Positions 1 to 10,498 of a stretch of 49,266 bases of DNA are shown piece by piece. This stretch comes from Spirogloea muscicola (lineage: Eukaryota). Both the position numbers and the translations under genes were made by a program. Below the pieces are notes generated by a model that was given only the letters and a program-made list of their open reading frames with translations, was not told the DNA's origin and did not search any database. The stretch spans positions 1,201,737-1,251,002 of the forward strand of contig WELB01000015.1 of assembly GCA_009602725.1 (NCBI GenBank). The letters run 5' to 3'. Numbering within the stretch: the first letter of the stretch is position 1; each line of letters begins with the position of its first letter.

Positions 1-1852
1 CGCCGGCAGCGCGGCGCCCGCCGGCGACGCGCCGCCGCAGCCGCCGTGGCCGCTATGGCTGGCCGTGGCCAAGGAGCTGGAGGTGCTGGGCGAGATGGCC
101 GCGGAGCGCTACCTCGGCGAGCCCCGCCGCTGGACCGCCGTCGCCGCCATCGAGGCTGCCAAGTGAGCGCCCGCCGCTGGCCGTGCCGCCTCTGAAGCGA
201 TCGTGCGGTCATGGCCAGCATGGTCGACAGCCCACGTGCTTCCTGCTAGGTACACCGAATTTTGGATCTGACAGGATGTCAGATTCCATTGACATACTGT
301 CACTTAGCCAGTTTTCCTTGGCAGAGCCGGAGCGCCCCTGACGCACTGGCCGCTACTGCAAGAAAAGAGATCACCGTATACACGAGTCCAGAATGTATCT
401 TCCTCTGTGCAGATTCTTACAGTGTCATACTATGACAGTTGCCAAGTACTGCACGTGCTGCGTGGGTGGGCCGCAGGGCGCTGCTGCGGCTGGCCATCCT
501 CCGGCGCAGCGGCTATGCCATGCTCGTCGATGGCGGTGCCGGAGGCGGCGGCAAGGATCGGGAGGGCGCGGCGGCGGCGGCCGAAGCAAGGCAGCGGCCG
601 CGTGGTCGCGAGCCGCTGGCGGCGGCGGGCAAGGGTGCCGTGGCACTGGCGGCGCTGGACGACTTCCGGACCCGCGTTGGGCCGCGACCGTCCTGGACCG
701 GCTCTCCTCCGCCGCAGCGCCGCCGCCTGCCCGAGGTCAAGTCTGTGCAGCCTGCCGGGGCAGCGGGCTTTGAGGACGGCCGGCTTGCGCAGGGCGGTGC
801 GAAGGCCAGCCATGATGCCAGGGGCCGAGACCCGTCGCAGCCGGCTGGTTGCGAACGAGGCGACGTCAGGAGCGGAGGCAACGGTGCTGGCTGCGTCAGT
901 GCCTGCCTGGTTGCGGCAGAGCTCCTGCACATCCTGCGACCTGTCGTCTACGTGCTCGCCATCAGGTGCCATACAGCGTCTGCGCACGTGCCGCACGTGC
1001 TTCACTGTCACGCATGTGGAACACATAGCGGTACTATACCATCTCCAGGCCACTGATGTATGCCAGTCTCGCAGGCGGCTCGGGCGCGCCTCGTGGCGGC
1101 CATGGTTGCTGTCCCTGGCGGTGGACCTCGCCAGCTTGGCACTGCTGGAGCGAGCAGCCGTCACCACCACTGCCGCCTCTGCATCGGTGCTCCCAGACCG
1201 CCTGGCGCTGTCTGGTGCAGCCACCTCGCCGCAGAGGGAGGAGGTGAGAGCCCTTAAATCAAATTAGCTTATCTGCTGCCATTGGCTGCCAAGCCTTACT
1301 GATCGTAAACCGTAAAAGTGAAGCGTCCTTGACCGCGGTGCCGCCTCGGCTCAGGTGCGGCGCCGCCGGATGCTGCTCTTGCTCTACCTCTTCCGCACTC
1401 CTTGCTTCGACGCTGTTGCCAGGTAGGCCCAACCTCTTGCACACAACCCGCTTCGTTTGGGCCCGGCTGTATAGGCCTCAGGTGATTGGACCTGGCTTCG
1501 AAGATACCATCGTGACAACCGTCAGGTATTTTGCAGGCGGCCTCTTGAGAGCGTTGAGCGCTCCCTGAAGCCCATCCCGCTGGTCGGCTCGCTGGCAGGT
1601 GCAGTGCTTGCACCAACCCCAGAAACCCTTTTTGCCATGACCTGAATCGCAGGCCCTGTGACCTCCCTAAACTGCAGAGTCATTGAACACAAGGACGGCC
1701 AACTTAAGGCAGTGATGCTGCTATCGGCGGTATCTGATCGTCATGCCCCTCAGGGTGCCGTTGCTCATTGATGTCCTGCTGTTGCTACAGAGCGCGCCAT
1801 GGAGCTCCTGCTTGGCGTGCAGCAGTTCTACTTCTACACGTCAGGCTCGTGA
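1..1852 (+). CDS. PEX16: Peroxisome biogenesis protein PEX16 (multi-exon, 5' end upstream of window)
   Basis: Spliced translation gives PWPLWLAVAKELEVLGEMAAERYLGEPRRWTAVAAIEAAK | ALLRLAILRRSGYAMLVDGG ... ELLHILRPVVYVLAIR | RLGRASWRPWLLSLAVDL ... VRRRRMLLLCYLFRTPCF ... ELLLGVQQFYFYTSGS* (TGA 1850-1852). These blocks match plant PEX16/SSE1 as I recall it. Confidence 0.88.
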
Positions 1853-2359
1853 TCCGCAGTCGATTCATGACGTCTGGTCAATCAGCAGGCGACCTTGACA
1901 CTCACAGCCTTTGCACCATAGTGACGAATTAGACGCCCTGTAAGTATGGGGTGCGTGCAAGGCTCCAGAGCCAGACTCATCTCTCTAAGCCCAACTAGCC
2001 TTGAAGATGGACTCGATCACAGATCCCGACCCTCATTGATCAGCCCACATATTGCTTGCCCACCATTTTTTGGGACATCCTGCCTCTGGAAGGCTGTCCA
2101 AAAATCATTCTTTTCCAGCCACTGTTATGTCAAGCAAAGCACAGGCTGCGAGGCTGCTGCAGTGCCCGCACTGCCACCTCCTCAACTTAAGCGTAACACA
2201 GTATGCTGCAGGTGAAAGTGGCAAGAAGTGGCCAGGATATCATTGCTTTCTAAAGAGACGGTAGCTATGTCGGTTTATTCCACAAGGGGCAGGGCCACAA
2301 CCACAGCCACAGCCAGAAACCAAGGTCAAGGTCTCATGGACCAACATATCAAAAAGTGA

Positions 2360-5300
2360 TCAATGAGAGGAAACAACCTCTTCACACATAGCTACTGCAG
2401 GCTCCCTATATTGGGTAGCAGGCGAAGCTGTGAGAAACTCCGTAGTCCCTATATCTTCGTTGCGGAGGTCAGCCAGCGGGGCCTCTAAACCTACAGAAAA
2501 AAGCACCAGGTCCTCCTCTTGTGCGTCTCGGAAGTCTGCAATCTATACCACAATCAAAACATCTGATGTCAGTACACATGTGGAGATTGCTATCACTTTC
2601 AATGATGATGATGTGCCGAAATCAATAAGGAGTGCCTTTTCACATCAAGGAGGTAACTGTATGCAATGGTGGCCCTGGCTTGCCTGATGACCAAGAGCAA
2701 TGCCGCTGAGCGCTGCCGCCTCCACTGTGGATGACAGCAACCAATCGCCGCATATTCCGACTCGGCCCACAGCGTCAAAGATGCATGGTGTTCCAGGGCT
2801 ATTCAGTGGCAGCGCTGCACCCCTGCATTACAAAACTCTGCTTAATAACTAGTAGTTGACTGCGAAATTGCTCAAACTTGCAAGGTCAATGGTGGTCTTC
2901 TTCAAAGGGGACTGAAGCTCTCTAGCGGCCTAAGTCCTAGAGGGGCCTGCAAGCCAGTAGCAGGGCCAACCAGAGCTGGACACGCGTGTAGATGGGCGAT
3001 GGCAGGCCAGCGGCGCCACCATCCACGCCCAATGCAGCTGCCAGGCCGGCAAGCATTTCCTTGGTCACGCGGGCTGCACGCACACGCGGCACGGCCTCCT
3101 GCATATCGCATGGTGACCATGATGCAGGACTGAGTTTACTTGGGCAGTTGGGGATAGAACGTGGTGATTCAGAACATCTAGGCATGTATGTTGGAGATGC
3201 AGGGCTTTGGGGTCAAGTCGCTACCTGGGGAACTTTGTTCTTGAGGCCGTACTCCTTGGTACTAAGCATCGTCCAGCACTGTGGGCGGTCACCCAGCGCA
3301 AGCTTGGCAGTGTTGTTGCCGAGCCAGGCAACAGCGGGCACGCCGTCCACGTGCGCGCCCTCCAAGCCCTCGGGTACGGGCAGCTGCCCGTCGAACGCCG
3401 CCATGAGCGACCAGATGGAGCTCAGCTTCAGCCTCTGGTCAAAGGAGTGCAAGGAGAGGGCACGTGTTAGACTTGTCAGCTAGACTCATGAGTTTCTGGA
3501 GGCCTTTACCACCCTCCCCCAAACGACTTTCACCAATGAGCAGGGGAATATGCTAGAAGTCAAAACACAAGTAAAACTACAGCGAGTGACTATTACCACC
3601 AGCTGAGGAACAATAAGGGCAAATGAGGAGCACCTTCATCTGTGCGGCAACAAGGGGGACGCCGGCTGCAGCAAGCAGCCGGTTGGCGCACTTGCCTGCG
3701 CGCCTGCGGCAGGATAGTATCAGCTCCTGCAATGAAGAACAGCTGCGGCACACTGCCATTGCCGCAGAGGCAGGCCCGCGAGGGGCGGCGATCACCATTG
3801 TGGGCAACGACAACGGCGTCAAAGTCGCCCAGGCGGATGTCGCCATCGCTAAGGGCCCAGCCGCCTGCATGCGGCCGCATGTGGCTCACCCACGTCGGCC
3901 GCTCAACTGCAACGAGCTCCTCCTGCATAGACGTACAAGCTGGCACCGCGTGAGAAATGAGCAACATGAGTCCATATTCATTGACAATCTGCGTAATAGT
4001 GACTAGCAGGCCACTTAGGGATAGGGTTCAACAAGTGCGTAAGCGAGGCTCACATCGGCAAGCATGCCATCACAGAGCGCTCGCATACCGCCGCGGCCAA
4101 CGTAGCGCCGCGACGGCGGCAGGGGGGCGGCGGCGCCGCCGGGGGACAGCCGAGCGACCAGGCCGGTCCACTCATCGACAAGGCCTTGCGACACCCAGGC
4201 GTCGACGAGCGCCAGGAAGGCCGGGTCCGACGCCGTGAAGTACTGCGCTGCATGGTCAAAGACCAGCTCATGGCCGCCTGCGTCTGCCACCACATGGCGC
4301 GTCGCCATGCGGCCTCCCAGCCCGTGCTTGCCCTGCAGAATGCAAGTGTAAGCTACTAAGTCAAGAGGTCAGGGGTTGAGGTGAACACCAGGGCCTAATG
4401 TTTAAGGGTCAGAGGTCAGGGATTGAGGTGAACTTCAGGGCCTCGTGTTTAAGGGTCGAGAATACCAAGTCAGAGGTCAGGGTCTGAGGTGAGCACCAGG
4501 GCTAACGCTTAGGGATTTAGCGCAGCTGTCGCAGAGTGGTGCCTCAGCTGGCCCCTTCCCCAGCAGTCAGCGCTGGGCCTGGCAGCCGGAGCTACCTTGC
4601 ATCCAACTGGATTTGAACCCTGACCTCTAGAATGCAAACCCTGAACCCTAAGCATACCGTGTCGAAGACAGTGGAGCGCACGCCTCGGGCGGCCAGCGTG
4701 AGCGCGCAGGCCAGGCCCGCCATGCCGCCGCCGAGCACGGCGACGCGCGGGTCGCGCGGCAGCGGGCCGCCGAAGCGCGCCTNNNNNNNNNNNNNNNNNN
4801 NNNNNNNNNNNNNNNNNNNNNNNNNNNNNNNNNNNNNNNNNNNNNNNNNNNNNNNNNNNNNNNNNNNNNNNNNNNNNNNNNNNNNNNNNNNNNNNNNNNN
4901 NNNNNNNNNNNNNNNNNNNNNNNNNNNNNNNNNNNNNNNNNNNNNNNNNNNNNNNNNNNNNNNNNNNNNNNNNNNNNNNNNNNNNNNNNNNNNNNNNNNN
5001 NNNNNNNNNNNNNNNNNNNNNNNNNNNNNNNNNNNNNNNNNNNNNNNNNNNNNNNNNNNNNNNNNNNNNNNNNNNNNNNNNNNNNNNNNNNNNNNNNNNN
5101 NNNNNNNNNNNNNNNNNNNNNNNNNNNNNNNNNNNNNNNNNNNNNNNNNNNNNNNNNNNNNNNNNNNNNNNNNNNNNNNNNNNNNNNNNNNNNNNNNNNN
5201 NNNNNNNNNNNNNNNNNNNNNNNNNNNNNNNNNNNNNNNNNNNNNNNNNNNNNNNNNNNNNNNNNNNNNNNNNNNNNNNNNNNNNNNNNNNNNNNNNNNN

Positions 5301-5436
5301 NNNNNNNNNNNNNNNNNNNNNNNNNNNNNNNNNNNNNNNNNNNNNNNNNNNNNNNNNNNNNNNNNNNNNNNCCCGCCGTCGCCGGCTCCGCGGCCGCCGC
5401 GGCAGCGGCGGCGGCGGCGGCTGCAACGGCGGCCAT
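2360..5436 (-). CDS. FAD/NAD(P)-binding oxidoreductase, renalase-like family (multi-exon; first exon interrupted by gap 4783-5371)
   Basis: Rossmann motif VAVLGGGMAGLACA (~4750-4705), then GKHGLGGRMATR..FDHAAQYF, YVGRGGMRALC, FDAVVVAHNG, LSSIWSLMAAF, QLWGAALP and GICGDWLL. The last exon IADFRD...VVSSH* ends at 2360. The start ATG at 5436 is tentative because it lies across the gap. Confidence 0.85.
4360..4520. repeat. Intronic ~47 bp tandem repeat (about 3 copies) with degenerate telomere-like units
   Basis: Unit gtcagaggtcaggg(a/g)ttgaggtgaac..cagggcct..tgtttaagg occurs at ~4360, ~4408 and ~4469 inside an intron of the oxidoreductase gene. Confidence 0.8.
4783..5371. other. Assembly gap (other gaps: single N at 10498, 30911-31304, 40962-41271, 44186-44222)
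   Basis: Runs of N in the sequence. Confidence 1.
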
Positions 5437-5565
5437 GGCGGCGGCAAGGAGCTTAAACCCTGGGTGTGAGCAAGGAACTTAAACCCTGGGTGAGCTCGAA
5501 AGCTCCAACTTCATACCTCGAAGCTCGATTGCCGTCCGGTATTCGGGCATCAATTGGCGACGTGT

Positions 5566-5962
5566 ATGTGCTGACTCGTGGTTACTGAGCGGGTCAGCAT
5601 GGCAGCAGGTGATGCACAGTTGTTGACGTGCTTGCCTTTGTACTTGGCCAACACAGGCCCTCCATCACTTGATACACACTCCATTTCTGAATTCTGAGCC
5701 TTACACCATTGTGCCTGAACTCACCACTCTTCCGGCTGTTTCTATCCGGCTGCTAATTTTTGCTGACTCGGGGTTACTAAGCTCCCATTCGCTTTAGGCC
5801 TTGTCCATCCTTTCTGGCCTGGCCTTTTACAGCCCCTGACTTACTTTGGAAGAGCTGTTGTATTTCTACGTGCTAACTCATAGTTATCGAGCGGGTCAGC
5901 TTGGCAGCAGGTGATGTACATCTGTCAGTGTGCTTGCCTTTGTACTTGGCACTCAGGCCCTC
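5566..5962. repeat. Diverged ~95 bp direct repeat (5566-5662 and 5870-5962, partial copy 5761-5786); fragment of a dispersed repeat family
   Basis: gctgactcgtggttactgagcgggtcagcatggcagcaggtgatg...gtgcttgcctttgtacttggc is repeated. The core gctgactcggggttactaagctccc resembles the reverse complement of 30410-30436 and 30867-30886. Confidence 0.75.
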
Positions 5963-6901
5963 TCACCCAATTCGCTCTCCACCTTTGGAAGACCCACTTT
6001 CTCATTCACAGCCCTCGCCCCCCTTGCTAATAAAGCACGTCTAGCACGCTGCTGAATAGCCAAAGCTTGGGATTGCTGCAGAGAGAGGGGACACCCCCTA
6101 AGACCGGCGTTAGTATGCTGGTAGCATGCTCTCAACTCCAAGCTGATGCATGCGAGCGTCGTGCGTTGGCCATCCACATGGGCAGCCCACTTCAAATCCA
6201 TGGCAGACTGACGAAAAAAGCCACCAAGTGGACAAGGCACGACAGGCTGTTCATGGACGCTTGATGCCCACCACGCTTAGGGGTGTGGTGACCTCTCAAG
6301 ATACAGATACTTGACAATGATGTTGCTGCTTCACAAGGAAGCCAGCCGACTTGTATGTACGGCTACATTGACATTGAAAGCCCCAGCACGCAAGTGGCAG
6401 TTGCTCTAAAGCAGAGGCAACAATAGCAGGCCAAGATGCCAGGCAAGCGATGCCGCCTCTTATCAAAGACGGCTGCTGCAAAGGGCCAGGCATTCTGAAC
6501 ACCCTGGGAATCAAGGGTTTAAGAGTGCGCACCACAGTAGTTGTGGTGCACTTGCATTTTTCTAAGGTCCCAGGAATGTGGGGGCGGCAACAAGGCTCCG
6601 GTGCCAGCTGTGATTCTGAGATGGCTGCAACTTTGGCCAAATCGTCATTGTCAAACGGCCAACCTCTCTGAGGCGCCTGGCATAGTTGCAACTCAGCGCC
6701 CCTGACACGCAAACTGGCACAATCCGATGGAAGCAAATGACCGGCCTGCTATAGCAGTAACAAATTGGCCTCTTAAAGACTCAGATGCAGCGCCAAGGGG
6801 CAGTATATGAAGTTGGCATGCACTGAGCACTCCAAGTACTCCAAGCACAGCATGGCAGCCCGGCTCATCGACCAGCGTCAAAAAGCTCCAATGATGTTGG
6901 C

Positions 6902-9823
6902 CTACACATTTTCCTGTGCCGCAGCATCAAGTACTGCCTCCACCTGCTTCGGTGTAAGCTGCACATACTGCCCCAGCCTGTGCAGGAAATGTCACCTGAG
7001 GTCAGAGCACAAAGCTAGACGAGAGGAGAGTCTCATGTCTCTTTCAGAGTCTGTAACGAAGGGCTCTGACACTTGATCGTTACATGACTCGTATGCAGGC
7101 TCTGGCTGCTTGCTCTAGCCGTGCACAATGACAAAATGTGGCCTTGACTTGTACTTTGGTAAACATATCACCTCAGCTTGTGATTACATTGCAGCTTCAC
7201 GACCAACTATGTCATGTCAGGCAATATTGATGCAATCTCAAATCACGTGAAAAAGTTGAGTAGCTAGCCAAGAGGCAAAAGCAGCAAGCAACTAACCCCA
7301 GGCTGCGCGGTATTCTCAAGCCTCCTATACGCACACGCCTCAGGTTCTTGACCTGCTCAAGCCCCCACTTTGAATCAGACAGCATGCCAACACAGAATCA
7401 TATGACAAAGTGAGCAATGTATGAGATGCATTTGCCGATATGATGGAGCTTGACCCAACCATAAGGCCGGCCTGCGCCACAATGTGGCGCACTTCATGAT
7501 TCCGCCCTTCGTTGACCTGCGGCGGCAAGCCACAAAACTCTGAGTCACAGTGGGCCATCAGCAATGAGGGCCGCAACTGTAAGCTACTCGTAGCACTTTC
7601 AACATCATAGACTGACGATGCCAACACTGTGCGTACACTGAGCAATTACATCTAGATCAAGTATCTGGTATTCGAATGTGGCAGCAGAGGTTACTCACAA
7701 CAATGCGCAGGCGACCCCCCTAACCACCACTTGGGGCCTCAAGGACGTCGATGCTGGCGGGCACACAACGCACCCCCTGCACCTCTGCTCCGGCAGCCAT
7801 CAGGGCAAGCTGCCGCTGCGACACTCGCTCATTCACTGAAGCGATGTACCTGCGATTTCACATGGGACGAGGCCCGCCGCAGTCAGACCAAGCCACAGCT
7901 GCAGGTGCTGTGCACACTCCGAACTCCACCTTCTGTCCTCGTTGATTGATGATGTATGACAAACAGAGGACAGATGTCTACTCTCAGCATCAAGATTGGT
8001 GCCAGCCATGTTGTCCCAGTCCTAGGGTGGTGCATACTCCTTGCTGAGCCCGGAGGAGGGGTGCCCCACTTGCTGCGCAAAGTCGCCTGCAGCCATGGTG
8101 CCCAATTCTTACCAGTGAGCATGCAGCAAGCTCATGGCAGCTGATGCCAGCAGCACGCCAAGATTACCACCAGTGGTGGGATAAGCAAACAGCTGAGCGC
8201 GCTGAATTAAGTTTCTGAACAAGTGAGCAAAGTGATAGCTCTGAGTTGGCGTAGTAGGTAGACGAGCGGACCGTCATTTGTGACCAGCAGCAAGCCAGTA
8301 GTGGCAACGTCCAGCCGGCCGACGGTGAAGAGCCGAGGCCGCAGGATGCCTGGGTTCTTCGCTACCTGCCAACATTGGGTAGTCTCCAGCACAATATGAC
8401 AGCACGTTGATGCAAGTACTAGCTAAGGACAGTCTGAGCCAGACGAATGCTAAGTCAGTCATCTCAAAAATCTGATTGTGCACCAGCAAAGCACAAGCAA
8501 TCCCATGATTATAAGCAGTCACCGGTAGGCAAGATCCAACAGCGCCTCACCCAGCTAGCAAGGAAGCCGTCAAACAGCTGCAGCACAGGGCGCTGGCCAT
8601 CACTCGCAGACGAGCAGATGTAGCTGCCAAGGCATGCCGCAGACGGCCATGTCAGATCCTGGAGGACAGCCGCGCACCCATAAGAAGGCTAGTGCAGGAT
8701 TCAGGGGTCATAGTGGCGCACCCTTTGGGCTTGTGCACTGCAAAGTAGAGTTTGGACGCCGTGCGCCGCGGCAGCGAGCGGCCATCGATGTATATCACGT
8801 CCCGCAGTGGGTCAACTGGCGTCTGCATCGGCCACCCAAAGGGCCCCATGAGTCCAGAGCTCCACTGCCGGCTACTACCGAGCTACTACCGGCTCAACAC
8901 TGAGCTGGGCCCTCGTCTTCCGTTACAGGACTAATGGCCGAATGCAAAGTACGGCTGGTTGACTCCTTCCGGCTGCTACTTCTATGACTTGCAGCTGCTG
9001 ACAAGAGTCACTGAGTGGCCATCCTCAAAAGTCCAGTGCCTCCCCAACAAGTGCCACTGTGTTATATGATCGAGCATCTGTTGGATCGTATTGACTTCCG
9101 ACTCTTTAGGACCCTGTTTACTTTCTGCGGGCCCCGATCTCCACCACTGCTGACACGGGGGTGCCAGGAGCGCCCTGTCTGCCTGGCCTGTGGCTCCTCC
9201 ATGGTGAAACCTGACACCTAGGACCAGCCGCTCTTTCGATATCAGCAACCATATTCTTCTGATCCTTCATCGTGACAGCGATCGGCCCGCCCAGCAAGAG
9301 CGCCTTCATCCATGCTCGGCCTAGACCCTGAGCCCATCTGTGCTGAGACGTGGGGAAGCGCAGCAGCACCTGGGGCACCGTGCACACGGCGCCGTTGACG
9401 GTGACGCGGCCGCCGAAGATGAGCTCCTCGCTGGCCCGCCGCGACGCCACTGCCGGCGCCGGCGCCAGAGCCGCGGGGTCAGCGAGGCCGGCCCTGAACC
9501 CTGAACCCTAGCCCCGAACCCTAACGGGAAGCTAACGGTAGTCTCTTAGAGGCTGGTTATGTTAACGGCGGGAGGGAAGAACGTCGCCCTGCCCGCAGGT
9601 CTGGAGGCTGGCGTCAGCGTCAGCGGCGGCGCCGGGGCCCCTCACCGCCGGCGGCGGCCAGGACCTTGGCCAGGCGCTCCGGGTCGGCGCGCATCTTCTG
9701 GTTGTAGAACCGCCGCGCGGCCTTGGAGTGCCGCGGCGCCGCCGCCGCGCCGCCGCCGCCGAGCTCCTCCTCCTCCCGCCTCTCCTCCTGCTCTCCGGTG
9801 CGCCATCCCCTTATCCACGACAC
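6902..9823 (-). CDS. SVR1: RluB/RsuA-family 23S rRNA pseudouridine synthase with S4 domain (plastid SVR1-like); 5' end unresolved
   Basis: ERLAKVLAAAG|VASRRASEELIFGGRVTVNG (S4 domain), then LYFAVHKPKG|YICS, RLFTVGRLDVATTGLLLVTNDG (catalytic Asp), VNEGRNHEVR and LKQVRIGG. Last exon LGQYVQLTPKQVEAVL...ENV* has its stop at 6902-6904. Confidence 0.88.
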
Positions 9824-9843
9824 GACGGATGCGTCTTAGAAGC

Positions 9844-9883
9844 AGCCTACGACCGGATTCGAACCGGAGACCTTTCCGTTGCC
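9844..9883 (-). other. tRNA 3'-half-like segment with a perfect Pol III B-box (no 5' half found)
   Basis: Minus strand reads GGCAACGGAAAGGTCTCCGGTTCGAATCCGGTCGTAGGCT, which resembles a variable loop, a CCGG-TTCGAAT-CCGG T-arm and an acceptor 3' strand. No complementary GCCTACG or D-arm is present upstream. Confidence 0.4.
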
Positions 9884-10169
9884 TCGTCGCCTCCCGGTGG
9901 TCGGCCTATGGGGGTCTGTGGCGTCGAGCCCCAGTCGGCCGTGCTTGGCAGCCTCCATGGATGAGCCGAGACCGCGAGCCGCGGCTCGCCTCCTCCCCCT
10001 CCTCGGCCGCTCTGGCCCTCCATGGCTCACCGCGCACGCCGTCCTGCCTCCTCTCGAGCGCTGCGGCGCCCTTGCCGTGTCGCCGATGCGGGAATCAGCT
10101 GGTGCCCGCCGTCGCTTGAGGGCCCGCTGAGGCGCCGCGCGAGAGCGCATCCTTGACGACCGCGTGCAG

Positions 10170-10497
10170 GCGTGGCTGCGGTCCCCTGCCCGGACGGCAG
10201 CCTGCAGTGCGACGCCAATGCCGAGTGCACCTTCGCCGCCACCGGCGCGGCGGTCTGCGCCTGCTTGCCGGGCTACACGGGCGACGGCCACACCTGCGCC
10301 CGTGAGCGAGGCTGCCCATGTCCTTCCCCTCTCCTGCCTCCACTCGACCTCCCTCCTGGCATTGCTCTTGCACTGCCGTCGCTGGCTCTGATGCCACTCT
10401 CCCCAACTGCCACCGCTCCAATGTCAGCAGAAGTCGACTACTGCGGGGTCCAGCAGCCGCCATGCTCACCACACGCCACGTGCGCGAACGCGCCCGG
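10170..10497 (+). CDS. Fragment of an EGF-like repeat protein (two phase-1 exons, 10170-10301 and 10431-10497), truncated at the N at 10498
   Basis: CPDGSLQCDANAECTFAATGAAVCACLPGYTGDGHTCA | QVDYCGVQQPPCSPHATCANAP shows classic 6-Cys EGF spacing followed by the start of a Ca-binding-type EGF. The intron 10302-10430 is GT-AG. Confidence 0.72.
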
Positions 10498-10498
10498 N

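Noticed and set aside
9844..9920. Complete tRNA gene
   Set aside because: No D-arm, anticodon stem partner or 5' acceptor strand can be found.
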